Source of the DNA: Trueperaceae bacterium
GTDB lineage: Bacteria > Deinococcota > Deinococci > Deinococcales > Trueperaceae
Direction: 5' to 3'
Assembly: GCA_965214405.1 (NCBI GenBank)
Contig: OZ243956.1
Location: 2,464,001 to 2,528,000 of the forward strand
Length of the DNA: 64,000 bases
The notes under the pieces: model-generated
Database searches by the model: none
What the model was told of the DNA's origin: nothing
The model's input: only the letters and a program-made list of their open reading frames with translations
Shown: piece after piece, positions 21,566 through 31,581 of the stretch
Layout: every line of letters begins with the position of its first letter
Numbering within the stretch: the stretch's first letter is position 1
Translations under genes and position numbers: made by a program

Positions 21566-23023
21566 TTAGCTCGAGACGTCCCCCGTAAAAATCGTTTTCG
21601 TCTCCATATATTCCAGCAGCCCTTCCGCGCCCGTCTCGCGTCCGAAACCGCTTCCCTTGACGCCGCCAAAGGGCGCTTCGGGTGTGGCGGGGAGCCAGTC
21701 GTTGATAGAGACCATGCCGTACTCGAGGCCCTCCGACACGCGGATGGAGGTGTTGAGGTCATTTGTCATTACAAAGGCGGCCAAACCGTACTCGGTCGCG
21801 TTGGCGAGCGCCAGCACCTCCGCCTCATCGCTAAAGCGAACAACCGGCATGACCGGACCGAACAGCTCTTCGTCGTAAACGGGCACGCCGGGTTTTGCTC
21901 CCGTGACGAGGGTAGGTTCATAAAAGTAGCCCTTACCCTCCCGACGCTTGCCGCCCGTGAGCACTTCCGCGCCAGTTGATACGCTCGCCTCGACCAATTC
22001 CGCCACACGCTCACGCTGTTTGGCGTTGATGAGCGGCCCCACCTGCGTGTTTTTGTCCAGGCCGTGACCCATGTGGAGCGCACCCGACGCCTCGAGCGCG
22101 CGCTCGACAAACGCGTCGTAGATATCATCATGAACAAAAAACCGCTGCGGCGACACGCAGACCTGCCCGCAGTTGCGGTACTTCCACTCGACCGAAAGCT
22201 TGGCGACTTTTGAAACGTCCACATCGGGAAAAACGAGCACCGGGGCGTTGCCGCCGAGTTCTAAAGAAAGCCGCGTCATCGTCTGCGAGGCCCCGTCCAT
22301 CAGCAACTTACCCACGCGGGGGGAGCCGGTGAACTGGATTTTGCGCACGCGAACGTCGTCCAGTAAAACTTTACCCATCGCCTCAGGCTCACCGTTGATG
22401 AGGTTCATCACGCCCGCGGGCGCGCCGCCTTCGACTAGGGCTTGCGCCAGGAGCATTCCGGTACGCGGCGTGAACTCGCTCGAGCGCCCCACCACCGTAT
22501 TGCCCGCCGCCAAGGCCGCCGCCCAGACCCGCACGTTGTTGTACACGGGAAAGTTCCAGGCGGTGATGCTGCCCACCACCCCCAGCGGCTGATGGATGAC
22601 TTGGATACGGCGGCCCTTCGCCCGCGCGGGGACGGTGCGCCCGTAGGCCCGCACGCCCTCGCTTGCGAACCACTCGAGGTACGCCGTCGCGCTCGCCCAC
22701 TCCGCCTTGGACTCGCCCAAAGGCTTGCCCGACTCCTCCGTGGTGATGCGGGCTAAATCGTCCAGCCGCTCCATAATCCAGGCCCCCGCGCCGCGCAAGA
22801 CCTCCGCCCGCTTGTAAGGATTCGTTCTCGACCAAGCCGGAAAAGCCGCCGCCGCCGCGTCCACCGCCGCCCTCGCGTCCGCCTCGCCGCCGAAAGGAAC
22901 TTGCTGGACGACCTCTTCGGTGGCGGGGTCAACGAGGTCCCAGGTGTTGCCGTTTTGGGCCTCGAGCCACTCGCCGCCGATAAGCTGTTTGAAGGTGTAA
23001 GCTTCTTTGGTCTGAATTGCCAT
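21566..23023 (-). CDS. gabD: NAD-dependent succinate-semialdehyde dehydrogenase-like ALDH
   Basis: WNFP, FTGS, LELGGNAP, NCGQVC, EELFGP and PFGGVKGSG motifs; follows gabT. Confidence 0.82.
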   Translation of the reverse strand: MAIQTKEAYTFKQLIGGEWLEAQNGNTWDLVDPATEEVVQQVPFGGEADARAAVDAAAAAFPAWSRTNPYKRAEVLRGAGAWIMERLDDLARITTEESGKPLGESKAEWASATAYLEWFASEGVRAYGRTVPARAKGRRIQVIHQPLGVVGSITAWNFPVYNNVRVWAAALAAGNTVVGRSSEFTPRTGMLLAQALVEGGAPAGVMNLINGEPEAMGKVLLDDVRVRKIQFTGSPRVGKLLMDGASQTMTRLSLELGGNAPVLVFPDVDVSKVAKLSVEWKYRNCGQVCVSPQRFFVHDDIYDAFVERALEASGALHMGHGLDKNTQVGPLINAKQRERVAELVEASVSTGAEVLTGGKRREGKGYFYEPTLVTGAKPGVPVYDEELFGPVMPVVRFSDEAEVLALANATEYGLAAFVMTNDLNTSIRVSEGLEYGMVSINDWLPATPEAPFGGVKGSGFGRETGAEGLLEYMETKTIFTGDVSS

Positions 23024-23071
23024 GTTATCTCCTCGGAATTACTGTAGGGCATTTATCTACTTATGCAGCTT

Positions 23072-23377
23072 TTAGCCTTCACTAGCGCGGTCACGGAGAT
23101 GTTGGATACCATCTCGGTCATCGTCAGCCGACAAAACGCTCCATATCGGCCATCCGGGAGCAGTTTCTATAATGTGAATAAGCGTCCAGCTCAACCCAAA
23201 GCAACCGTCAGGGCCGAATACCTTGACTGGCTCTACCGCTTCATCGTCGGTTACGGGAGTATACACGGTAAATAAAAGTTGCTCGTACTCTCCAACTTTA
23301 TCTAGGTCTGTATCACCTGCACCTACCGTTGGCGGCATAGGTCCTAACTTGATTAGCTGACATACTGCCTCTCGCAC
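23072..23377 (-). CDS. Small hypothetical protein inserted between gabT and gabD
   Basis: Lower GC; PVTDDEA..VKVFGPDGCFGLSWTLIHIIETAPGWP core looks protein-like. Confidence 0.55.
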   Translation of the reverse strand: MREAVCQLIKLGPMPPTVGAGDTDLDKVGEYEQLLFTVYTPVTDDEAVEPVKVFGPDGCFGLSWTLIHIIETAPGWPIWSVLSADDDRDGIQHLRDRASEG

Positions 23378-23383
23378 GAGCCG

Positions 23384-24736
23384 TCACCTCGTTACCGTCT
23401 CCTTGACCGCCGCCCGCACCGCTTCACGCAACACCCCCATTCCCTCATCAAGCTCTTCGTCGCTGAGGTTGAGAGGCGGCAACAGGCGGATGCAGTTGCT
23501 GTAGAGCCCCGCCCGCAGGATGATGAGCCCGCGTTTTAGCGCCTCGGTGGTGACCTCCACCACCTCTTGCGCCGTGAGAGGTTTTTTCGAGGTTCTGTCC
23601 CGCACAAACTCCACCGCCAGCATCGGACCCAGGCCGCGCACGTCGCCGACGGTCTCAAATTCGGCTTGAAGCTTAGTCAAGTGCTCCCGAAAGCGTTCAC
23701 CAACCTCGTTCGCTCGAGCCAAAAACTGAGGTGTATTGATGATGTTCACCGCTTCTATGGCCGCGGCGCACACCACCGGGTTGCCGCTGTAGGTGCCGCC
23801 CAGACCGCCGGGATGCGGCGCGTCCATCATCTTGGCTTTGCCAATCACCGCCGAAATAGGCATCCCCGCGCCCAACGACTTCGCCGTAGTGAGCAAATCC
23901 GGTTTGACGTCGTAATGCTCCACCGCGAAGAGCTTGCCCGTGCGCCCCATGCCGCACTGAATCTCGTCGGCGACCATGACCATGCCGTGCTCGGTACAGA
24001 GTTCGCGGATGCGGCGCAAAAACTTCGGCGGCGTCGGCAGGAAGCCGCCCTCACCCTGGACGGGCTCGAGCACCACCGCCGCGACCGCGCTCGGGTCCAC
24101 CTGGGCAATAAAGGCGTGCTCGAGGCCCTCGATCACAAAGTCGATGTACTGCTCGTCGGTCATGCTCGCCGGGCGGCGGTAGAGGTTGGGGAAGGGCAGC
24201 CGGTAAACTTCCGGCGCAAAGGGCGCGAAGCCCTTTTTGAAGAGTGCATACTTGCTCGTCATCGTCAGCGTCAGGTTGGTGCGCCCGTGGTACGCGCCCT
24301 CGAACACGACGATGCCGGGGCGGCCCGTGTACGCGCGCGCGATGTTGACCGCCGTCTCGACGGCCTCCGCGCCGCTGCTCATAAAGGTGGCCTTGGCGGG
24401 TCCTTCGATGGGTGCAACAGACGTGAGCAGTTCGGCCAACGCGACCATCGGCTCAGACGTCGCAACGATGGCGCAGGGGTGGATGACCTTGTCGGCTTGA
24501 GCTTTAATGGCCGCAACAACTGGCTCGGGCGTGTGCCCCACCGCCAACATGCCGATGCCGCCCGCGAAATCCAGGAGCGTGTTCCCGTCGGCGTCCGTGA
24601 CCGCCGCGCCGTGGGCGCGCTCGACGGCAATCGAGGTGAGTTTGGCCGCGCCCCGCGGCGTGACCGCCTCGCGCCGCGCGACGATGGCGCGACTTTTCGG
24701 TCCGGGAACTTCGGTCACGAGCTTGATGGTGCCCAT
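23384..24736 (-). CDS. gabT: 4-aminobutyrate aminotransferase-like (class III PLP)
   Basis: DFAGGIG, SGAEAVE, YHGRT, EPVQGEGG, ADEIQCG, AKSLG and GGTYSGNP motifs. Confidence 0.88.
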   Translation of the reverse strand: MGTIKLVTEVPGPKSRAIVARREAVTPRGAAKLTSIAVERAHGAAVTDADGNTLLDFAGGIGMLAVGHTPEPVVAAIKAQADKVIHPCAIVATSEPMVALAELLTSVAPIEGPAKATFMSSGAEAVETAVNIARAYTGRPGIVVFEGAYHGRTNLTLTMTSKYALFKKGFAPFAPEVYRLPFPNLYRRPASMTDEQYIDFVIEGLEHAFIAQVDPSAVAAVVLEPVQGEGGFLPTPPKFLRRIRELCTEHGMVMVADEIQCGMGRTGKLFAVEHYDVKPDLLTTAKSLGAGMPISAVIGKAKMMDAPHPGGLGGTYSGNPVVCAAAIEAVNIINTPQFLARANEVGERFREHLTKLQAEFETVGDVRGLGPMLAVEFVRDRTSKKPLTAQEVVEVTTEALKRGLIILRAGLYSNCIRLLPPLNLSDEELDEGMGVLREAVRAAVKETVTR

Positions 24737-25098
24737 TAGATGCGCTCGAGTTCTTTCACGGTGCGCTCGTTCTCGGTGTTGCCGGTGTTAAGGGTTGTCG
24801 CAGGCTCAATGAGCATCACTTCAACCTCTTCTTCGGCGTAGGGCTGATGCTCGGCGCCTTTCGGGATGATGACAAACTCGCCCGCGTTGACCTCAACGTC
24901 TTTCTCTCTAAGCCGCATGGTGAAACTCCCCTTGACGACATAGAAAAGTTCATCCTCATGCTCATGATGGTGCCAAACGAACTCGCCCTGAAACTTTACG
25001 AGCTTGACTGCTACGTTGTTGACCTCACCGACGAGTTTGGGATTCCAGTGCTCGCCAAAAGCGGAGAACTTCTCGCTAAGGTTGATTTTTTGAATCAT
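24736..25098 (-). CDS. Cupin domain protein
   Basis: GEFVWHHHEHEDELF...IIPKGAEHQP motif. Confidence 0.9.
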   Translation of the reverse strand: MIQKINLSEKFSAFGEHWNPKLVGEVNNVAVKLVKFQGEFVWHHHEHEDELFYVVKGSFTMRLREKDVEVNAGEFVIIPKGAEHQPYAEEEVEVMLIEPATTLNTGNTENERTVKELERI

Positions 25099-25113
25099 AG
25101 AATACTCCTAACT

Positions 25114-26382
25114 CTAAGCTGAGATGGTGGCGGTCTGTCCCAACGCCCCCGCAAAAATTCCCAACGCCTCGTCAATCTGCCCCGCGTTCACCACCAACGG
25201 CGGAATCCAGCGGATGACGTTGCCGTAGGTTCCGCAGGTGAGTAGCAAGAGGTTCTTTTCCAAACAGGCCCCTTGGACGCGCTTGCAAGTCTCCGGGTCG
25301 GGCTGACCCTTTGAAGAGAACTCCGTACCAATCATAAGCCCACGCCCGCGCACGTCACCCAATACAGGGAAGTCGCGCTGAAGCTCGAGCAGCCCCCCCA
25401 TAAGCCTCTCCCCCATCCTCGCCGCGTTCTCCGGCAACCGCTCCTCAACCAGAACCTCCACCGTCGCCCTCGCCGCAGCCAAGGGAACCGCGCTCCCGCC
25501 GCCGTAGGTGCCGCCGTGCGTGCCCGGTTGCCAGCGTTCCATGAGGGGGCGGCTCGAGGCAATCCCCGAAATCGGCAAGCCGCTCCCCAGCCCCTTCGCC
25601 ATCACGACGATGTCGGGCGTTACACCCGCGAGTTCAAAGCAAAACATCTTGCCCGTGCGCCCAAAGCCGGTTTGCACCTCGTCCATCACCAGCAGGATGC
25701 CGTACTGGTCGCAGATGCGGCGCAACGCATTCAAGAAGGGGAGCGGCGCGGGCACGTAGCCGCCCTCGCCTAAGATGGGCTCAATAAAAATCGCGGCGGT
25801 TTCGTCGGGTGCGCTTTGTGTTCTGAGAAGGTGCTCTAAGCCCCGCACACAGAAGTCAACCGTTGTCGCCTCGTCCCAACCGTAAAAGTAGGCGTAGGGG
25901 TACGGCGCGACGAAGACGCCGCCCGGCAGGGGTTGGTACTGGTGCCGGTAGGCCGTTTTGGAGGTCGTCATCGCCATCGTCTGCGCGGTGCGCCCGTGAA
26001 AACTGCCCTGAAAGACGATGACGTTACTCCGCCCCGTCGCGTGCCGCGCGAGCTTGAGCGCGCCTTCAGTGGCCTCGGCCCCGCTGTTCGAGAAGAAGAA
26101 GGTGTCGAGACCCGCGGGCATGAGGGAGAGGAGCGCGTCGGTGAGCGCCAACGCGGCGGGCGAGACGACGATGTTCATCTGCCCGAAGAGCAACCGTTCC
26201 GCCTGCTCCTGCACCGCCTTGACGACTTTCGGGTGACAGTGCCCCGTGTTCGTCACGCCGATGCCCGAGGTGAAGTCGGTATAGCGCGCGCCCGCCGCGT
26301 CGAAAAGGTAGATGCCCTCGCCGCGAACGGGCTGGATGTGGGTGAGGTGCGTCCAGACGGGTGAAAGGTGATTTAGGGCCAC
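25114..26382 (-). CDS. Class III PLP aminotransferase (omega-amine)
   Basis: DFTSGIG, NSGAEA, FHGRT, DEVQTGFGRTG and AKGLG motifs. Confidence 0.92.
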   Translation of the reverse strand: MALNHLSPVWTHLTHIQPVRGEGIYLFDAAGARYTDFTSGIGVTNTGHCHPKVVKAVQEQAERLLFGQMNIVVSPAALALTDALLSLMPAGLDTFFFSNSGAEATEGALKLARHATGRSNVIVFQGSFHGRTAQTMAMTTSKTAYRHQYQPLPGGVFVAPYPYAYFYGWDEATTVDFCVRGLEHLLRTQSAPDETAAIFIEPILGEGGYVPAPLPFLNALRRICDQYGILLVMDEVQTGFGRTGKMFCFELAGVTPDIVVMAKGLGSGLPISGIASSRPLMERWQPGTHGGTYGGGSAVPLAAARATVEVLVEERLPENAARMGERLMGGLLELQRDFPVLGDVRGRGLMIGTEFSSKGQPDPETCKRVQGACLEKNLLLLTCGTYGNVIRWIPPLVVNAGQIDEALGIFAGALGQTATISA

Positions 26383-26466
26383 TCAAAACCTTCTTTCTTA
26401 CGAGTCTGACTTTATTTTAATGCCTTAAAGCACCCCTTCTAATCCCTTCCGCTAAAATTCCGAACG

Positions 26467-27819
26467 TCAAGAGGCTGCCCTCGAGCCCCGTTTCGAATCA
26501 GAACGAGCGGCTACCGCTACCCCTCGAGCTTCGACTTTCGCCGCGATGGGAGGCACAACCTCTCCTTCATAACTTAGCAGTTCGGCGGCGGCGCGTCTGC
26601 CACTCAAAAGCGCGCCGTGGACGGTGGCGGCGCGGTGCTCGGGTTCGGTGGCCTCGCCCGCCCAGAAGAGCGGCGGGGTGGGGGCGGCGAGCTTTTGCCG
26701 CGCGCCGTGGTGACCGGGCAGAACGAAGCTGTAACCGCCCCTGGCGAAGGGGTCGGCGGGCCAGTTGACGAGCCTCGAGGCCTCCGCCTGCAAGTCGGGC
26801 CGATCCAACTCCTCACGCAAAGCGGCCAGCCCCCCAGCCAGCGCCGCCTCTTCCCCGCCCTCTAAAAGTTTCATCGCGCCGTCGCCCGACACGAACGCCG
26901 TCCAGACGTGCTGCTGAGTGTCGTGACCAAACGACGGCGACCACCACATCGGCGGGTTTAAGCGGCTATAAATCGCCATGATTTCTTTCGGCACGATGGG
27001 CTCGGCGAAGCGGTAGATGAGCTTGATAACCGGCCCCATGCGCAGCCCGGCGAGGGCGCTCTGTTTAAGTTCGGGTAAGGCTGGGTTAAAAGTAATCGCG
27101 CTTTGCAGCACGCCCAAAGGAACTGCCAGCACCGCGGTGTCGGCGCTATGCAGCGCGCCATCCGAAGTTTGCACCTGGACGCCGCCTCGCGCCGACCAAG
27201 TGATTTCAGAAACGGGGCTGTTGAGGTGAATAGTAAGCCCCTCCGCCAAACTTTCAACCAGCTTGCCGTAACCGTCTAAAAGACGGTAGTCACCGAGGCC
27301 ACCCTCTTGCCCCTTCTCGCGCAGCCCCTCCACCATCGCCGCAGCACTCAAAAACCGCGTCGACTCGCCGCAGGCGTTGGCGTAGGAGCGCCCGACGTAG
27401 CGGAGTTGGTCCCTGGAAAAGCCGATACGCGTCAGATAGTCGCGCCAGGTCTCAAAAGGCAGCGGCTCCACCTCCGGGAGCCGCCACGTGCGCGTGATGT
27501 CGAAGTCGGGGTGGGCGGCTTGCGCCTCGGCCATCGTCAGCCACGCGCCGTCTTCCAACCGCACCAGCGAATCGTCCGTCTTGCGCCAGTGCAGCGTTTT
27601 CAGGCTCAAACCCTGAATAAGCTCCCAAGTCGCCACGCGGTCGCCGTGGATAAACTCCGCGCCCAACTCGACGGGTACGTCGGCGAAGCCATATGAGGTG
27701 TGGGTGCGTCCGCCGGTGCGGTCTCTGGCCTCGAGCACCACCACCCTTTCCCCCGCCGCTTGAAGCGCCCGCGCCGCCGCCAAGCCCGCCACACCCGCGC
27801 CAAGTACAAGGGTACTCAT
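26467..27819 (-). CDS. Flavin monoamine/polyamine oxidase family protein
   Basis: GAGVAGLAAA, LEARDRTGGR, ELGAEFIHG and FWAGEAT...ATVHGALLSGRRAA motifs. Confidence 0.92.
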   Translation of the reverse strand: MSTLVLGAGVAGLAAARALQAAGERVVVLEARDRTGGRTHTSYGFADVPVELGAEFIHGDRVATWELIQGLSLKTLHWRKTDDSLVRLEDGAWLTMAEAQAAHPDFDITRTWRLPEVEPLPFETWRDYLTRIGFSRDQLRYVGRSYANACGESTRFLSAAAMVEGLREKGQEGGLGDYRLLDGYGKLVESLAEGLTIHLNSPVSEITWSARGGVQVQTSDGALHSADTAVLAVPLGVLQSAITFNPALPELKQSALAGLRMGPVIKLIYRFAEPIVPKEIMAIYSRLNPPMWWSPSFGHDTQQHVWTAFVSGDGAMKLLEGGEEAALAGGLAALREELDRPDLQAEASRLVNWPADPFARGGYSFVLPGHHGARQKLAAPTPPLFWAGEATEPEHRAATVHGALLSGRRAAAELLSYEGEVVPPIAAKVEARGVAVAARSDSKRGSRAAS

Positions 27820-28613
27820 AAACGGGGTCTTTGGGCTCGAGGATTAGTAACTAAAGACTTAGAGGACAAAGGTTTGGGGGCTCGAGCTTTAACGGGCGAA
27901 ACCTTTGGCGGCTCCCACACAATAAGCATTCCTGTATGCTCCGCCTGCGCGTCCCAGGCATAATTCTCGATAACCCCGCACGGCTTGAAACCCCGCCGCA
28001 TCTGCACGCTCACCGTGGGGTCGAAAATCTCGCCGCACACGACCCTCTCGGCGTATTCGTGGACCGACATCCGGTGCTTGTAATGCGCGAAACCCTTGAG
28101 CATCCCGCCCGCCACGATGCCCTTAAGCTCGAGAGTTTCAACAAGCGCAAATTGCGCCCGGTAGAGCGCCGAGCCGATACCCAAACCCTGAAACTCGGGA
28201 TGAACCGCCTTCTCGACGCCGTAGAGCCAATCCCCCGTGGGGTCGTGGTTGGCGAGGGTGAGGTCGCCAATGGCCTCGTACCAGCTCAGCGGTTTCGCGG
28301 AGGGCGTGTAGTTCGTCCGCAGCGACAGGGCGGTACCTATGACTTTCTCTTCCCCGCCCACATCCGCAACCGCGAGAAGCTGTCCTTCGGGAAACCGGCT
28401 CAGGAGCCGCTCCCACTCCTTCAAACCAAATATACCCGAGATGTGACCGCTGGGGTCGTAGGTATTGGCTAAGCAGATGGTCTCGTAGACGCCGCGCCCG
28501 TGATGAGGCTGGGCCACCACGATTTTGTAAACAGGCCTTTGACTGACAGGCTCTTTGCTAAGAAGCTTCTTACCAACATGACGGTTCTTTTTACCGCTAT
28601 AACGGTCCTTCAT
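27816..28613 (-). CDS. GNAT N-acyltransferase (long form)
   Basis: FPEGQL, NHDPTGDWLYGVEKAVHPEFQGLGIGSALY and DPTVSVQMRRGF motifs. Confidence 0.85.
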   Translation of the reverse strand: MKDRYSGKKNRHVGKKLLSKEPVSQRPVYKIVVAQPHHGRGVYETICLANTYDPSGHISGIFGLKEWERLLSRFPEGQLLAVADVGGEEKVIGTALSLRTNYTPSAKPLSWYEAIGDLTLANHDPTGDWLYGVEKAVHPEFQGLGIGSALYRAQFALVETLELKGIVAGGMLKGFAHYKHRMSVHEYAERVVCGEIFDPTVSVQMRRGFKPCGVIENYAWDAQAEHTGMLIVWEPPKVSPVKARAPKPLSSKSLVTNPRAQRPRL

Positions 28614-29193
28614 AACGTTCGTTCAGACCCCTGCGCTGGCTCTCAAATTGACCGGGTAAATAACAGATCAATTCGAACGGGTCAGGGTACACGTTTACCG
28701 TGACCTCAGCACCACATCAAAAATAGCGCTTTGAGCCATGAGTTCGTTACAAATTGGGAAAAACGAAGACGATTGGGTGATGTCCCGCTAGCCAATCCTT
28801 CAGCCGACATCTTGGATGTATCTCGGAGTATCCGAACCCCGAAACCTTGCCCTAATCGGTTTCTGCTTCTCCACAACCTTCACGCGAGAGCGTTCCTCCC
28901 GAAACCCAAACGGCTTCATTTGGTTAACTCACACTGCAGGGTTGTCTTGAAACTTTCACGCTCCCTTTAACTCGTCTTAGAAGAGTGTAGCACAGGTTTT
29001 GGGGTTTGTGAAGAGGAGGTGGAGCGAATTTAAACGAGAGTAGGGGCAAGTCAGGAAACAAAGCCGGGCGTTAGTCAAGCTTTTTCTAACATTTACAGAG
29101 CCTTAACCGAACATACAAGAGTCGGTATTTTGGCGTCTCCCGCTCGAGCCCACTCCTCCCCACCCCCTCCTCTCACTCGGTATAAGATAAATC

Positions 29194-30030
29194 ATGAAAC
29201 GCACAGGGTTCCGGCTGGCGCTCCCCGGCCTCTTCTGGCTGAGCGTCTTTTTCATGCTGCCGCTTCTCTTCGTGCTCGTCGCCTCGTTTATGTCGAGCGG
29301 CGCGGGGGGCGAGCCCGTGTTACCGCTGACGCTCGAGCACTACGCGCGCACCTTTAATGTGTTCGGCTCCGTTGTCTGGCGCTCGTTGCGCATTGCGCTC
29401 TACACCACGCTCTGGTGTCTGGCGCTCGGTTACCCGCTGGCCTTTTTTATTTCCACGCGCAAAAACGCCCAAGTTCGCCTCGTCTTGCTCTTTTTGATTC
29501 TTCTGCCTTTCTGGACCAACTTTCTGGTGCGGACCTACGCGCTCAAGTCGATTCTCGGGCCGGAGGGGATTCTCAACACGCTGCTAACGAACTTTTCCAT
29601 CATCACGCAGCCTTTAGAACTGCTCTTCACACCGTTTGCGGTCATCTTGGGGCTGGTCTACGGCTTTTTGCCCTTTATGGTCCTGCCCATTTACGCGTCG
29701 GTGGAGCGGCTGGATTTTCGCTTTGTCGAGGCGGCCTACGACTTGGGCGCGAACGACTGGCACACCTTTTGGCGCGTGATTTTTCCCCTGACCTTGCCCG
29801 GCGTCGTGGCGGGGTCGATGCTCGTCTTTATTCCTTCTATCGGCTCGTTCGTGACGCCCGACCTGCTCGGCGGCACCCGCGGTTTGATGATCGGCAACCT
29901 TATCGCGCGGCAGTTTAGCGGGCGCGGCAACATCACCCTCGGCTCGGCGGTGTCGATTGTGCTCATCGTGCTCGTGCTGGTCGGTGTGGCTATCTACATT
30001 CGCTTTGGACAGGAGCGGGCGCGTGGCTGA
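29194..30030 (+). CDS. potB: Polyamine ABC permease
   Basis: LPFWTNFLVRTYA, LPFMVLPIY, EAAYDLGA and TPDLLGG motifs. Confidence 0.9.
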   Translation: MKRTGFRLALPGLFWLSVFFMLPLLFVLVASFMSSGAGGEPVLPLTLEHYARTFNVFGSVVWRSLRIALYTTLWCLALGYPLAFFISTRKNAQVRLVLLFLILLPFWTNFLVRTYALKSILGPEGILNTLLTNFSIITQPLELLFTPFAVILGLVYGFLPFMVLPIYASVERLDFRFVEAAYDLGANDWHTFWRVIFPLTLPGVVAGSMLVFIPSIGSFVTPDLLGGTRGLMIGNLIARQFSGRGNITLGSAVSIVLIVLVLVGVAIYIRFGQERARG

Positions 30031-30940
30031 CGCGCCCGCGAGCGCGCCCCCCGCCGCCGAGATGCGTGTAGATGGTGGCAAGCTGAGGCGCGATTTGCTC
30101 GTTCGCAGGGTCGGCAAGGTGGGGCTTGTTATCACCCCGCTGGTGTCTTACTTCTTTTTGTGGGCCCCCATCGTCGTGCTCATCGTGTTTTCGTTCAACG
30201 ACTCACCCTCGGTCTCGGTGTGGCGCGGCTTTACAACCCGGTGGTACGGGAACATCTTCGCGGTGGGGAGCGGCGAGGCAAGTTTTGTCACGGGGAAACT
30301 TGTGGCCGCTCTTGGTAACTCGCTCCTCGTGGCTTTTAGCGCCTCGCTCATCGCCACGGTGATTGGCACGATGCTCGCGCTGGCGATTCATCGTGGGGAT
30401 TTTCCGGGCAAGCGCATCATCGACGCGCTTCTTTATGTGCCCGTCGTTATTCCGGAGATTACGCAGGGCGTCTCGCTGGCGATTTTTTTCCGCATTTTGT
30501 TTGAATATCTTCAGAACCTCACGGGTGAGCGGCTGGTGCTGGGGTTTGCCACCATCATCATCGCGCATGTGGCGTTTAATATCTCTTACGTGGTCATTGT
30601 GGTGCGGGCGCGGCTGGCGACGATGTCGGTTCACCTCGAGGAGGCCGCCAACGACCTGGGCGCGAACCATTTTCAGACCTTTTGGCGCGTCACCTTTCCG
30701 CTGCTCTTGCCGGGCATCATGGCGGGGGCGCTGCTCGCGCTCACGCTGTCGCTGGATGACTACGTCGTGACCTTTTTTACCAAAGGCGTGGGCGACGATA
30801 CGCTGCCGATTTTCGTTTACGGGATGCTCAAGCAGCGCGTCTCGCCCGAAATCAACGCGATTTCGACCCTGATGATAGGAGCGTCCACGGTGCTCATTGG
30901 GGTGTCGCTGCTGCTGCAGGGGGGCTCGAGGGGCGACTAA
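30023..30940 (+). CDS. potC: Polyamine ABC permease
   Basis: FSFND, IPEI, EEAANDLGA, SLDDYVVTFF and SPEINA motifs; GTG start with an AGGAG RBS. Confidence 0.9.
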   Translation: MADAPASAPPAAEMRVDGGKLRRDLLVRRVGKVGLVITPLVSYFFLWAPIVVLIVFSFNDSPSVSVWRGFTTRWYGNIFAVGSGEASFVTGKLVAALGNSLLVAFSASLIATVIGTMLALAIHRGDFPGKRIIDALLYVPVVIPEITQGVSLAIFFRILFEYLQNLTGERLVLGFATIIIAHVAFNISYVVIVVRARLATMSVHLEEAANDLGANHFQTFWRVTFPLLLPGIMAGALLALTLSLDDYVVTFFTKGVGDDTLPIFVYGMLKQRVSPEINAISTLMIGASTVLIGVSLLLQGGSRGD

Positions 30941-30942
30941 CG

Positions 30943-31221
30943 TTAGGTCAGCTCGAGCCTAAGCTGCTTCCCCACGGCCCTAGCCAGGCGCTCGAGCGAC
31001 TCCAACGTAACCGCCGTATTATCCGGGTCTAGCAAGCGGTCAAGCTGCGAGCGGCTTGTGTCTAACTTTTCTGCCAACTGCGTTTTGGTGATGTGTTCCG
31101 CTTCCATGATATCGGCAAGCTGGAGGGCCAAGAGCCGCTTGTGCGCCCTCGCCGAAACCTCCTCCAAAATGCCTTCCTCAGCCAAAAAATCATCAAAGTT
31201 ACCCCCTCTATATCGGTTCAT
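30943..31221 (-). CDS. XRE/HTH antitoxin (HigA-like)
   Basis: GGNFDDFLAEEG N-terminus and ITKTQLAEKLDTSRSQLDRLLDP HTH. Confidence 0.88.
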   Translation of the reverse strand: MNRYRGGNFDDFLAEEGILEEVSARAHKRLLALQLADIMEAEHITKTQLAEKLDTSRSQLDRLLDPDNTAVTLESLERLARAVGKQLRLELT

Positions 31222-31545
31222 CCTTCACCTCTCCACGAATCTCGACGCTTCTCAGCTAGAGTTAGGTCACTCTTCGGTGTTTTTTGTGACTTCTTGACGA
31301 AACCGTGAAGTAGCACCATCTCACCTCTATCTACCGTGAATAACGCACGCCCAACGCGTCCATCTTCTAAGCGACTACGAAGTTCCCACAAACCTGAACT
31401 AAGCTTACGTACGAGAGGCGTTCCTAACGGCCAGCGAAATCGCTTTACGGTCTTCTTTCGTCAACGTTCTCAGCCACTCTTTAACCGGCTCACGTCCAGC
31501 CTCACTTTGAAAAAAGGTAACGGTGAGCAGGGGCGCTGACTCCAT
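31218..31545 (-). pseudogene. RelE/HigB (Gp49-like) toxin with internal deletion and frameshift
   Basis: MESAPLLTVTFFQSEAGREPVKEWLRTLTKEDRKAI, frame change near 31437, then FRWPLGTPLVRKL..LWELRS...LLHGFVKKSQKTP; ATGA overlap with the antitoxin. Confidence 0.88.
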
Positions 31546-31553
31546 CTATAAAT

Positions 31554-31571
31554 TGTACCACATAAGGTACA
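31554..31571. promoter_or_regulatory. Palindromic TA operator overlapping a -10 box
   Basis: TGTACC-acataa-GGTACA; minus-strand TGgTACAAT lies just before the toxin ATG. Confidence 0.7.
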
Positions 31572-31581
31572 GAATTGATTC

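Noticed and set aside
28731..28970. 79-aa plus-strand ORF in the GNAT-potB intergenic region
   Set aside because: No RBS or protein-like composition; the region is better explained as regulatory.
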